Assembly (NCBI GenBank): GCA_963422395.1
Contig: OY729431.1
Coordinates: 2,528,001-2,592,000, forward strand
From: Vicinamibacteria bacterium
GTDB lineage: Bacteria > Acidobacteriota > Vicinamibacteria > Marinacidobacterales > Marinacidobacteraceae
Length of the DNA: 64,000 nt
Reading direction: 5' to 3'
The position numbers and the translations under genes were made by a program. Below, one piece after another: positions 9,767-18,968 of the stretch (position 1 is the stretch's first letter; each line of letters opens with the position of its first letter). A model generated the notes under the pieces. That model made no database searches. It saw only the letters and a program-made list of their open reading frames with translations, and was not told where the DNA came from.

Positions 9767-10147
9767 CTACCCTACCGAATCGGTGATCCAGCGGAGGTAG
9801 TCGGGGTCGCCGGCCCCAGCCCGGCAGGCGAGGAACTCCGGGGTGTCATAGGAGTGGAGAGCGAGGAGGCGCTGCCGGAGGGATTCGAGCCGCTCCCCCG
9901 TCGTCTTCATCAGGAGGAGCGCCTCGTCCTCGCGCTCGACCTCGCCGCGCCAGCGATAGACGGACCGGATGGGAGAGAGGATGTTGATGCAGGCGGCAAG
10001 ACGCTCGCCGACGAGCGCCTCCGCAAGCCGCTCCGCCTCCTTCCGGCCAGGGGCGGTGGTGAGCGCCAGCCAGGTCTCCGGCCCGCTGGACGGGGGACTG
10101 GATGCCCTCGCCGGGTCGGCACTCGCCGTGCTGGATCGCCGGGACAT
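9767..10147 (-). CDS. cutA: Divalent-cation tolerance protein CutA (start uncertain)
   Basis: LVGERLAACINI, SVYRWRGEVERE.E, LHSYDTPE. Confidence 0.92.
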   Translation of the reverse strand: MSRRSSTASADPARASSPPSSGPETWLALTTAPGRKEAERLAEALVGERLAACINILSPIRSVYRWRGEVEREDEALLLMKTTGERLESLRQRLLALHSYDTPEFLACRAGAGDPDYLRWITDSVG

Positions 10148-10204
10148 CGGAGACCCTGGGGAGTGCAGCTGCTCCGTTGCTTCGAGCGGGGCGCGCCGAC
10201 GCCT

Positions 10205-10849
10205 TCAGGCGGCTTCGGCCTGATTCTGCTCTTCCACTTCGGCGCCGAGGGCGGCCGACAGGGTGAAGGTCTCGTGCGCAGCACGCAGTGCGTCGTCCGG
10301 AGTCGGGAGAGTCTCCCCGACCCGGTCGATGCCGCTCCGGGCCTGCTGCCAGCACTCCCGCTGCCGGCTCCCATAGGGATCGAAGTAGCGAAGGTTGCCG
10401 GCGAACTCCGGACGGGCGGCCTCCAGGGCGCGGCGGATGAAACGGTTGCCGTTCATCGAGCCTTCGACCACATAGAAGGCGCCGAGCGCGGTGCCGGCGG
10501 ACCACTCGGCCCCTCCGAGCCGCTCCACGAAAGCGGCGACCGCTGCGGAAGGCTTCGGCGCCTCACCATCCGAGAGGCCCTCGAGGTCCTGCGCCAGGCG
10601 GGAAGCGTGGGCGGCAGCCGCCCGGCGGAACGCGCTCCATTCGCCTGACTCCTGCGGGAGCCGGGAATGGAGGGCGCTCAAGAGTTCCAGCATCCCCGAC
10701 TGGAAGGCGGCGAAGGCCGGGCGGGACACCTCGCCGCGGACGAGAGAGCGCTGGAACGCCTGGTTTTCGGCGGCGGCGTGGTCCTCGGCGGTGGCCTGCT
10801 TCAGCAGATCGGCGAGGGGAGTCACGGAGGCGCCGTTCGTGCTCGACAT
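10205..10849 (-). CDS. Heme oxygenase-like (biliverdin-producing) protein
   Basis: LKQATAEDHAAAE (proximal His), LAQDL, YVVEGSMNG distal helix, YFDPYG. Confidence 0.85.
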   Translation of the reverse strand: MSSTNGASVTPLADLLKQATAEDHAAAENQAFQRSLVRGEVSRPAFAAFQSGMLELLSALHSRLPQESGEWSAFRRAAAAHASRLAQDLEGLSDGEAPKPSAAVAAFVERLGGAEWSAGTALGAFYVVEGSMNGNRFIRRALEAARPEFAGNLRYFDPYGSRQRECWQQARSGIDRVGETLPTPDDALRAAHETFTLSAALGAEVEEQNQAEAA

Positions 10850-10983
10850 CAGGAGAGACGGAAAGCGGACCACGCCGCGGCGGCGGCGATCCCGAGCCAG
10901 ACGAGACCCTTGACGAGGAAGAAGAGGAAGGCGGCGCCCGCAGCCCGCTTGGCGATCCGAGAGTTACGGAACCTGCCCCACAT
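10849..10983 (-). CDS. Small single-pass membrane protein (about 44 aa), translationally coupled to the heme oxygenase
   Basis: Basic N-terminus then AAFLFFLVKGLVWLGIAAAAAW; TGATG stop/start overlap with the heme oxygenase. Confidence 0.6.
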   Translation of the reverse strand: MWGRFRNSRIAKRAAGAAFLFFLVKGLVWLGIAAAAAWSAFRLS

Positions 10984-11110
10984 TCCGGTACCGGATTTCG
11001 ATTCCATGTCCGGGCAGGCTAGTCGCGCACGGCTCACGGGTCAACGCCAGCTCGGCGCGCGAGCCTGGCTGCCGACATCCTGCGGCCCGCCCTGGGTCAA
11101 GCGCCCTGGG

Positions 11111-12700
11111 TCAACGAACGCGGCGGAACTCGGTGTCGCCGATCCGGAGACCGGCAGGCTTCCCGGCCGCGTCCAGCCGGAAGCTGATCAGCGCCTCGCC
11201 GCGCCAGCGGGCGTCCCAGGCGACCCGGAAAGTGTCGAAGTGCCAATGACTGAGCGGTCCTCGGAGGCCCGGACCGTAATCGAGACGGAGGGCCTCGCCG
11301 TCCAGACGCACCACCGCAGTGCCGCCGAGTTCGTGCTCGTAGGTCCCACCGTAGGCGGCGGAATCGAGGCTCGGTGCCGTGCCGAGGATCCGGCGGGCGC
11401 GCATCTCTTCGAGGGCGGCCGCCTGCGCTTCGGCGAGGCCGTCGTAGAGCGCGAGGAGTTCGGCGCTCCAGTCACGCTCCGGCGATCCGAGCAGCGCGTC
11501 GAACGCGCGCAGCATCAGCGCGTGGCGGACCTCCACATGATCGCGGTTCCCGAGGACGAAGACCCCGATCTTCTCGTCGCGGACGAGACCCGCGATCGCC
11601 ACCATGCCGTCGATGCTCCCGGTGTGGAAATCCACTGCCTGCCCGCCGTAGTCCTGCTGGAACCAGCCGAGCCCGTAGGTCACCCAATGGGGCTTCGTGA
11701 GCCGCTCCGTCGGATAGAAGCCCGTCCGGTCCACGAGAGACTGCGGCCGGAACATCTCCTCGACCACCGCTTCGCTCAGAATCCGGGTTCCATCGGCAGC
11801 GACTCCGGAGGCGAGGAGCATCCGGAGCCAGAGCGACATCTCCCGGACCGAACTCCACACCGATCCGGCGGCGGCAACGGAGTCCACCGAGGCGTTTTCG
11901 ATGACCACCGTCTCGCCGTCCACGAGGTGGTGCGGCGAGGCGACATTGGCCCGGCGGCGGGCCAGGGAAAGCAGCGGCGCGGTCCGCTCCATGCCGAGCC
12001 GGTCGAAGATGCGGGAGTCCACGAAGTCGTGCCACGGCATTCCCGAGACCCGCTTCACGACCTCGCCGGCGGTCGCGTAGAGCACATTCTGGTACACGAA
12101 TCCGGAGCGCATCGAGTAGGCCGGCTCGACCTGTCGGAGCCGTTCGAGCATCTCCTCCATGTCGGTCTCCTGTCCGTACCAGAAGACATCGGTATTCGGG
12201 AGCCCGCCGCGATGGGTCAGCAGATCGCGCACCGTCATCTCTCGGCTGACCCAGGCGTCCCGAACCGCGAACTCGGGGAGGTGCCGGCGCACCGGATCGT
12301 CCCAGGCGAGCTTCCCCTCGTCCACGAGCATGCCGACCGCGGCGGCGGTCATCGCCTTCGTGGTGGAGCCGATCGCGAAGAGGGTGTCGGGGTTCACCGG
12401 GTTCGGGCTTCCGAGTTCCAGCACTCCGTAGCCGCGGGCGAAGAGGAGTTCGTCTCCGCGCACCACGGCGACCGCGAGCCCGGTGGCGCCCCAGTCCGAA
12501 ACCGCCCGGGCCGCATAGTCGTGGAAGGCCTCGGCATCGAAAGCAGCACTGGATTCATGGACAGCACCGGATTCTCGTCCGGTTTCGCTTTCTGGGGGCG
12601 GGGAGGCGGGCTTCCTCGCGCCCGGAACCGCCTCGGCGGCGGGCGCGGACCCGAGGAAGATCGCCAGCAGCAGCCGGGGGAACGACGGGAAGCGGATCAC
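11111..12700 (-). CDS. Serine hydrolase, beta-lactamase (class C-like) family with C-terminal DUF3471-like domain
   Basis: Signal peptide, FAIGSTTK (SxxK), LLTHRGG, YQN, HTGS. Confidence 0.9.
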   Translation of the reverse strand: MIRFPSFPRLLLAIFLGSAPAAEAVPGARKPASPPPESETGRESGAVHESSAAFDAEAFHDYAARAVSDWGATGLAVAVVRGDELLFARGYGVLELGSPNPVNPDTLFAIGSTTKAMTAAAVGMLVDEGKLAWDDPVRRHLPEFAVRDAWVSREMTVRDLLTHRGGLPNTDVFWYGQETDMEEMLERLRQVEPAYSMRSGFVYQNVLYATAGEVVKRVSGMPWHDFVDSRIFDRLGMERTAPLLSLARRRANVASPHHLVDGETVVIENASVDSVAAAGSVWSSVREMSLWLRMLLASGVAADGTRILSEAVVEEMFRPQSLVDRTGFYPTERLTKPHWVTYGLGWFQQDYGGQAVDFHTGSIDGMVAIAGLVRDEKIGVFVLGNRDHVEVRHALMLRAFDALLGSPERDWSAELLALYDGLAEAQAAALEEMRARRILGTAPSLDSAAYGGTYEHELGGTAVVRLDGEALRLDYGPGLRGPLSHWHFDTFRVAWDARWRGEALISFRLDAAGKPAGLRIGDTEFRRVR

Positions 12701-13546
12701 GGGGAGCAGCCCTCCTCTCCCGGCAACAGCGGGCGGGCAGCGAGCTGGTAGAGCGTCCCCCGATGGTTCCAGCGGGTCGCGTGGTTCGCGGTGCTGAAGA
12801 TCTCGAGAAGGCGAGCGGCGGCGACGCCTTCGTGGACGCTGCAGGAAATCCGGGATTCGCCGCCGGTCGGCGGGTCGGGCAATGGCCAGGGAAGCTCGTT
12901 CGCCACCGTCGGATCGGCCGGATGCGGGTTCGAGATCATGTACACCTGCAGCCGGTCGCCCTCATAGGGGGCCGCAGCGGCCGTGAGGTCGCCGAGCCGC
13001 TGGACGAGTGCCTCGATGGGCGCGGCCCGCGGGTCCGTGTGTCGGACGGCGCCGAACGCCTCGATGGAGACCCGGTGGACGCCGCCGCGCTCTCGCAGGA
13101 CCACTTGGAGGTTCGGTGCGTCGGCGATGATCGGCCCGGTGCTCGGCTGGGATGTGGAGGATTTCCACCTCGGGAAGCACGGTGGCCGCCGCCGCCGCGG
13201 CCACCGAGTCGAGCTCGGCCGCCGCAAGCTGCGTCATCAGGATGTTCGGGAGGATCGGCCCCGGATAGATCTCCAGGATCGGACCTTCCGAGTAGAGGAC
13301 TCCAGAGACGGTCAGCGCATGCAGCGGAGGACGACCGAGTTGGTACTCGATGGGGATGAATCCGCCCGTCTTTTGCACTTCGAGGAAGATCACGCCGGGA
13401 TCTTCGGGCAGATCGAACCCCAGGGGACCCGGGACCGGCTTCGGCGGGAGCAGGGTCGCGGGTCCAGGATGGTCGTCCGGTCCGCAGCCGGAGGCGGCGA
13501 TCATCACCGGCAGCAATGCGGCAACGATCGGCAGCAAACCGGTCAT
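12697..13546 (-). pseudogene. Hypothetical lipoprotein split by a frameshift near 13150 (or a sequencing error)
   Basis: Lipobox AASGC in ORF 12962-13546; plausible protein continues in another frame (PIIADAPNLQVVL...YQLAARPLLPGEEGC) to 12697. Confidence 0.6.
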
Positions 13547-13674
13547 CGACAGACCCCTCGGCAGCCCGTGGAGGAAGCGGCGCGACCCCCGAGACGGATG
13601 CCGCTCGCATACCCGGCACGGCCGTGCGGCTTCGTCCAGGGACTGTTCACCGGCCCCGCGCGCGGGCGGAAGGC

Positions 13675-14775
13675 TCAGAAACCGATCCCATCACCGATCG
13701 AATCCCTGATCACTCGAGCGAGCCCGTAGAGCCCCGCCGCGAGCAGGCCTCCGATCGCGGCGAGACGGCCTCCGCTGCGAAGAGCGCTCGATCCGGAGAA
13801 CAGGCTCGCCGCGGCTCCCGAGCAGAAGAGCGCCAGTACCGCGAGCGCCGACGCGCCGAGGAGGGCCGTCCCCTCCGGGAGCAGGAGAAGCGGGACCAGC
13901 GGAATCGCAGCGCCGGCGCCGAAGCTTGCGAAGGAAGCGAGCGCCGACGCCCACGGTGAGCCCAGGTCGTCCGGATTCAGGCCCAGTTCCTCCCGGGTGA
14001 GCACATCGAGCGCTTTCGCCGGGTCGTCGATCAGCCGCTTGCCGAGCGTCCGCGCCTGTTCCCGTTCGAAGCCGCGCGCCTCGAAGATGAGCGCCAGCTC
14101 CTCGGCCTCGTCGTCCGGATAGAGGCGCAGTTCTTCTTCTTCGAGCGCGATCTGCCGCTCGAACAATTCGACCCGGGAGCGCGCTGCGAAGTATTCCCCG
14201 GCGGCCATGGACACCGCACCGGCGAGCATCCCGAAGGCGCCGACGAGCAGCGCGGTGTGCGGTTCGGCACCGAGCCCACCGACCGCGAGCACGAGCGCGG
14301 TATTCGACACCAGCCCGTCGCCCAAGCCGAAGACCGCGGCGTGGAGGGCCACCACCCCGCGGGTGTACAGGTGGCGCTGTTCTTCGCCGAGCAGGTGATG
14401 GCGGGGTCCGGTCCGCTCGGGGGCGTCGGCCTCCCGTTCCAGCAGCGCTTCGAGGTTCGACGGCGCCGCGCGGTACAGCGAGAGCCCCCGCACCTTGAGC
14501 GCGGCGAGCGCGGGAAGGAGCGAGCGCGGGCCGATCCAGCGGACGAGAGCCCCCACCAGCCGCACCCGGAAAGAGGCCTCGTAAGGGCCCGGTGCGGGAT
14601 CGCCTGCTTCTGCGATCGCCCGCACCCACGCCTGGCTCTGCTCCAGCGCGTCCTCCGAGAGCGCTTCGAAGAGGCGCTGCTTCTCTCCGGTCTCCACTCC
14701 GGCGAGCACCCGGTAGAGCCAGGCCGCCTGGACCTCGCTCTCCCAGCTCTCCCGGAGCGACGCGCGGTCAGCCAT
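13675..14775 (-). CDS. VIT1/CCC1 family iron/manganese transporter with N-terminal ferritin-like region
   Basis: AAVFGLGDGLVSN, AGAVSMAAGEY, LTREELG, ASFASFGAGAAIPL. Confidence 0.9.
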   Translation of the reverse strand: MADRASLRESWESEVQAAWLYRVLAGVETGEKQRLFEALSEDALEQSQAWVRAIAEAGDPAPGPYEASFRVRLVGALVRWIGPRSLLPALAALKVRGLSLYRAAPSNLEALLEREADAPERTGPRHHLLGEEQRHLYTRGVVALHAAVFGLGDGLVSNTALVLAVGGLGAEPHTALLVGAFGMLAGAVSMAAGEYFAARSRVELFERQIALEEEELRLYPDDEAEELALIFEARGFEREQARTLGKRLIDDPAKALDVLTREELGLNPDDLGSPWASALASFASFGAGAAIPLVPLLLLPEGTALLGASALAVLALFCSGAAASLFSGSSALRSGGRLAAIGGLLAAGLYGLARVIRDSIGDGIGF

Positions 14776-15718
14776 GCGCCGAAGCCAGATCCTCGATCAT
14801 CGGACCCACCGGCGAGTCGTCCAGCCAACGGGAGAAGGCTCGGGACGCCCCGCGCACCCAGGCCGAAGGGAACGGAATCACTCCCACCCGAAACGAGCGC
14901 AAGCCGGCGCGGAAAGTTCCGTCCTCGACGGAGGGCTGGGAAGCCAGGATCAGGTTCACGAAGCGCTCTCCGAAGAGCGGAGCCGAAAACGGAAACGACG
15001 CCCGCACCTCGAGGTTGTCGTCGAGCATCGCCAACTCGAGACGGAGGCCGGGGTCCAATCCGGAGGCCGCCGATACCTCGGGCCAGGCAGCAGCCATCCG
15101 GGCCCCCATGAGCGAATCGGCGGAGTGCGATTCGACGGAGAGCGTCCGCCGCTCCGCCTCTGCGGCAGACGCGCCGAGCGGGGCCGCCACCGGAGTCTGG
15201 TCGGTGAGCAGCAGGAAGGCGACCGCGACGATGGCGAGCAGGGCAGCGCCGATGGCCGCAACCACCGCGAGCGTGACCAGCGCCGAGCGGAGGCCCCGCG
15301 CCAGGATCGTACCGAGCAGCACCCCGGGGAACATGCCGGCGAGCGGAACGAGCAGCGAGAGGAGCTCAGGAACGTCCAACGCCTCTAAAGCCCACCAGGA
15401 CGTGTCGGCCGAACTCAGGGCGACGAGCACTGTGAGAACCGCCCCGAGCGCGAGCGAAGGGAGGAGGACGAAGAAGAAAACGGCGAGGATGCCGCGCATC
15501 CGCGGGAGCGCGAGCGGAACCAGCAGACCGATCGGGGTGAACCAGAGCGCCTGCCGCGCGAGCCCGGAGGTGAGCGAGCCCAGGTCCTGTCCGGGGAAGC
15601 CGAGCTCGGGCCCGGCCGAGGACGCGTACCAGCACCAGGCGGCGAGCCCGAGGAGCGCGCCGAGGTTCCTGAACCCGAACCGCGGGGGAGTGGTTTCCAC
15701 CCGGGAATCCTCCACCAC
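14768..15718 (-). CDS. Hypothetical multi-pass membrane protein
   Basis: Several hydrophobic segments; abuts both neighbours in operon fashion. Confidence 0.6.
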   Translation of the reverse strand: MVEDSRVETTPPRFGFRNLGALLGLAAWCWYASSAGPELGFPGQDLGSLTSGLARQALWFTPIGLLVPLALPRMRGILAVFFFVLLPSLALGAVLTVLVALSSADTSWWALEALDVPELLSLLVPLAGMFPGVLLGTILARGLRSALVTLAVVAAIGAALLAIVAVAFLLLTDQTPVAAPLGASAAEAERRTLSVESHSADSLMGARMAAAWPEVSAASGLDPGLRLELAMLDDNLEVRASFPFSAPLFGERFVNLILASQPSVEDGTFRAGLRSFRVGVIPFPSAWVRGASRAFSRWLDDSPVGPMIEDLASAHG

Positions 15719-18700
15719 TCAGCGAGAGCGCGCCTCGGTCAGAGCCCGCCAGAAGGGAGGCAGCGTCTCGTCGCGAAGGCGCCGGAACTCCTCGCGGGCC
15801 GTATCGAGCCGTTCGCTCAGCAGCGCATGGACCTCGCGCTGCTGATCGGTGGGGTGGAAATCGGCGCCGTCGTGACCGGCGTCGTTCGCAAGCGCCCCGA
15901 ACCTCCCGTAGAGACGCATCGGCGCGCGGAAGGCATCCTCGCGGGAACCGGTGAGACCAGTGTCGAAAAGCCGTCCTTCCACGGCGATCACGGTGCCTTC
16001 GATCTCGGCCGCGCTCTCGAGCAGCGCCTCGAATACCTCATCCCCTCGGTGGCGTTCCCTCAGACCCTCGAGCTCGCGGCGCATCCATTCCAGCTCGTCC
16101 ACCATCGCCGCCAGCTCGTTCAGCTGCTCTCGGATCGTCATGAGGAATTCGTGTTTCTCGGCGATCTCCGCCAGCGTCCCGGCGGACGCCGGATCCTTTC
16201 GGACCTCGAAGGAGACCTCGGCGGAGTGCTCGCCCGCGGTGACCCGGGCGGTGTACCTGCCCGGCGGCGCCAACGGACCGCGGTAGCCGGGGAAGATATC
16301 GAGATCCCAAGTACGGATTCGCCGCTCACCGTCTTCGCCGAGCCGCACCCAGTCGAGGTCCGGGGGGCGGGTACGCAGCGTGGCGCGCTCCGCCGCCTCG
16401 TACCGGAGATCCCAGTACTCCCGATGGAGGCCGGCCTGCGCCGATCCTTCGAGTTCGCGGATCACCTCGCCGGCAGCGTCGAGGATCTCGATGACCGCGC
16501 CCGTCCCTGCCTCCTCGGCGAGCCGCCAGGAGATGCCGGCTCCGTAGGGCGGATTCTGCCCGGTGACGAGGCTCCCGGGCTCCGACTTGATCGCCTGGCG
16601 GGGAAGGAAGCGATAGGCCGCCGCGGGCGCGAAGACCCGGAGCGGCTCGGAGGGCGGATCGGCCAGCGCCCGCAACGGGCCGATGTCGTCGAGGATGAAG
16701 AAACCGCGTCCGTAGGTCGCCGCCACCAGGTCGTCGAAGCGCTCTTGCACCACGAGGCCGTAGATCGGGGCCGGAGGCATCCCCAGGCGGAGCGAGAACC
16801 AGAACTCCCCGTCGTCCAGACTGGCCCAGACCTGGTTGTCGGTCCCGGCGTAGAGCATCCCGGCCCGCTGCGGGTCCTCGCGGACCACATGGACGAAGGA
16901 GAAAGGCGACTCGGGGAGGCCGCCGCTGATCCGCTCCCAGCTCGCGCCGAGGTCGCGGGTGCGGAAGATGTGGGGGCGGAAGTCGCCGGACTGGTGGCGG
17001 CTGACCGCGAGGTATGCGGTCTCGGGGTCGTGCCGCCCGGGCTCGATGGACTTGACCCAGCCTTCGATGTCGAGCCCGGGGACGTTTGCGCTCACATCGC
17101 GCCAGTTCGCACCGCCGTCCTCGGTGAGATGGACTCGGCCGTCCACGCTCCCCGCCCAGAGCTGGCCCCGGGCGAGCGGCGATTCGGCCAGCGCGAAGAG
17201 CACCGAGCCGTCGAAGGTGTAGAGGTTGTCCACCGTGACCCCGCCGGAGTCCTGCTGACGCGATTCGTCGTCGGTGGTGAGGTCGGGGCTGATCTGCCGC
17301 CACGACTGGCCGCGGTTTCGGCTCTCGTGGACGAACTGGCTGCCGACCCATGTCGTCCCCGGTTCGTTACGCGAGAGCACCATCGGGAAGTTCCAGTGCC
17401 AGCGCAACTTCACCTCCACGGGAGCCCAACCGTAGGAAGCTTCCGGCCATACCCGGACATCGCGAGTGTGCCCGGTGCGGTCGTCGTACACCTCGAGGCC
17501 ACCGTCGTAGCAGCCCGACCAGACGATGTCGTCGTCGGCCGGTTCCGGGGTGGCCCAACCGCTCTCGCAGCCGCCGACCCCCTGCCAGAGACCGAGCGGG
17601 ATGCCGCCCCCGCTCGTTCGGCTCGGTCCCCGGTAGGAATAGCCGTCCTGGCGATTCCCGTACACCCGGTAGGGGATCCGGTCGTCCACGCTCACCTGGT
17701 ACATCTGGGCCACCGGGGGGACGATCCGCCGCCAGCTCGCACCCCGGTTCGTCGAGAGGCTGCCGCCGCCGTCGTGGGCGACCAGGATGCGTTCCGGCAG
17801 GTAGGGGTCCACCCAGACATCGTGATTGTCGCCTCCGGCGCGGTAGGAGGTCTCGACCAGGCTCCGCCCGCCGTCCACGCTGGTACTGAACAGCACCGAA
17901 GCGAAGTAGATCCGGTCCGGATCTCTGGAATCCACCGCGAAGCGGACATAGTAGGGAGCGCGTTCGGCGAGATCGTGGTGGGTGAGCGTGAGCCGCCAGG
18001 AGGCGCCGCCGTCGTCGGAGCGGTAGAAGCCGGGACTTTCGTCTTCGATCAGCGCGTACCAGCGATCCGGGTCGCTCGGGGCGATCCCGACTGCGATCTT
18101 TCCGACCTCGTGCTCCTCCCCACCGGGAAGCGCCGCGATCCGCTCCCAGGTGTCTCCGCCGTCGAGGCTTCGGTACGCCCCGCTGCCCGGCCCGCCGCTC
18201 GAGAGCCCCCCGGTATCGATCTGGAGTTGCCACATCCCGGCGAGCAAGCGCCGCGGGTGGCGAAGATCCAGCGCCAGATCGGAGCACCCGGTGTTCTCGT
18301 CCACGAAGAGCACGAGCTCCCACGAATCCCCGCCGTCGGTCGTGCGATAGACCCCGCGCTCGGGCTGGGGCGCGTAGGAGTGGCCCAGCGCGCAGGCGTA
18401 CACCAGGTCCGGGTCGCCGGGGTGGACGAGGATGCGCGCGATCCGCCCGCTGGCTTCGAGCCCACGATGGTGGAACGACCGGCCGCCGTCGGTCGAGCGG
18501 TAGATCCCGTTCCCCATGGCGAGCGCCGGACGGATGATGAAAGTCTCGCCGGTCCCCGCCCAGACCTGCGCCGGATCCGAGGGCGACACCGCGAGCGCGC
18601 TGATCGAGGCGGCGTCCTGGTCGTCGAAGACCGGCTTCCAGCTCGTTCCACCGTCGTCCGTCCTCCAGATCCCTCCCGAAGCCGCCCCGAAAAACGCCAC

Positions 18701-18868
18701 TTCGGGGTTTCCCCACTCCCCGACCGCCGCGCTGAGTCGGTTTCCGTCCGGCCCGATCGTCCGCCACTTCAGGGCGGGCGCGGTCTCTTCGCTGATCGGC
18801 GGTTGGGCAAATCCGGGGGCGGCGAGCAGCGGGACGAGGAAAAGGATGAGCAGGCAGGCAGCGCGCAT
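15719..18868 (-). CDS. BNR/Asp-box (sortilin/VPS10-like) beta-propeller glycosyl hydrolase-like protein
   Basis: Signal peptide, many S/T.DGG.SW Asp-box repeats, GGCESG, ATYGRGFFILDDI. Confidence 0.9.
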   Translation of the reverse strand: MRAACLLILFLVPLLAAPGFAQPPISEETAPALKWRTIGPDGNRLSAAVGEWGNPEVAFFGAASGGIWRTDDGGTSWKPVFDDQDAASISALAVSPSDPAQVWAGTGETFIIRPALAMGNGIYRSTDGGRSFHHRGLEASGRIARILVHPGDPDLVYACALGHSYAPQPERGVYRTTDGGDSWELVLFVDENTGCSDLALDLRHPRRLLAGMWQLQIDTGGLSSGGPGSGAYRSLDGGDTWERIAALPGGEEHEVGKIAVGIAPSDPDRWYALIEDESPGFYRSDDGGASWRLTLTHHDLAERAPYYVRFAVDSRDPDRIYFASVLFSTSVDGGRSLVETSYRAGGDNHDVWVDPYLPERILVAHDGGGSLSTNRGASWRRIVPPVAQMYQVSVDDRIPYRVYGNRQDGYSYRGPSRTSGGGIPLGLWQGVGGCESGWATPEPADDDIVWSGCYDGGLEVYDDRTGHTRDVRVWPEASYGWAPVEVKLRWHWNFPMVLSRNEPGTTWVGSQFVHESRNRGQSWRQISPDLTTDDESRQQDSGGVTVDNLYTFDGSVLFALAESPLARGQLWAGSVDGRVHLTEDGGANWRDVSANVPGLDIEGWVKSIEPGRHDPETAYLAVSRHQSGDFRPHIFRTRDLGASWERISGGLPESPFSFVHVVREDPQRAGMLYAGTDNQVWASLDDGEFWFSLRLGMPPAPIYGLVVQERFDDLVAATYGRGFFILDDIGPLRALADPPSEPLRVFAPAAAYRFLPRQAIKSEPGSLVTGQNPPYGAGISWRLAEEAGTGAVIEILDAAGEVIRELEGSAQAGLHREYWDLRYEAAERATLRTRPPDLDWVRLGEDGERRIRTWDLDIFPGYRGPLAPPGRYTARVTAGEHSAEVSFEVRKDPASAGTLAEIAEKHEFLMTIREQLNELAAMVDELEWMRRELEGLRERHRGDEVFEALLESAAEIEGTVIAVEGRLFDTGLTGSREDAFRAPMRLYGRFGALANDAGHDGADFHPTDQQREVHALLSERLDTAREEFRRLRDETLPPFWRALTEARSR

Positions 18869-18968
18869 GGCCGAACGGTAGCAGTCCGTTCCCCGGACGG
18901 TGCTCTCGCGGGTTCCCGGCGAGTACGATGGGCCAGCAGCAGGAAACCTGCTGGAGGAGGAGAACACG

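Noticed and set aside
7573-9800. Many ORFs of 60-330 aa overlapping the array
   Set aside because: Translations of the CRISPR repeat (FQSAPPVRGAT, FNPRPPCGGR); not genes
12541-12575. Short direct repeat CAGCAC[T/C]GGATTC
   Set aside because: Local duplication in a disordered N-terminal linker (ESGAV/ESSAA) with no wider pattern
11111-12700. Beta-lactam resistance gene
   Set aside because: Architecture fits a general secreted serine hydrolase/peptidase; no support for resistance
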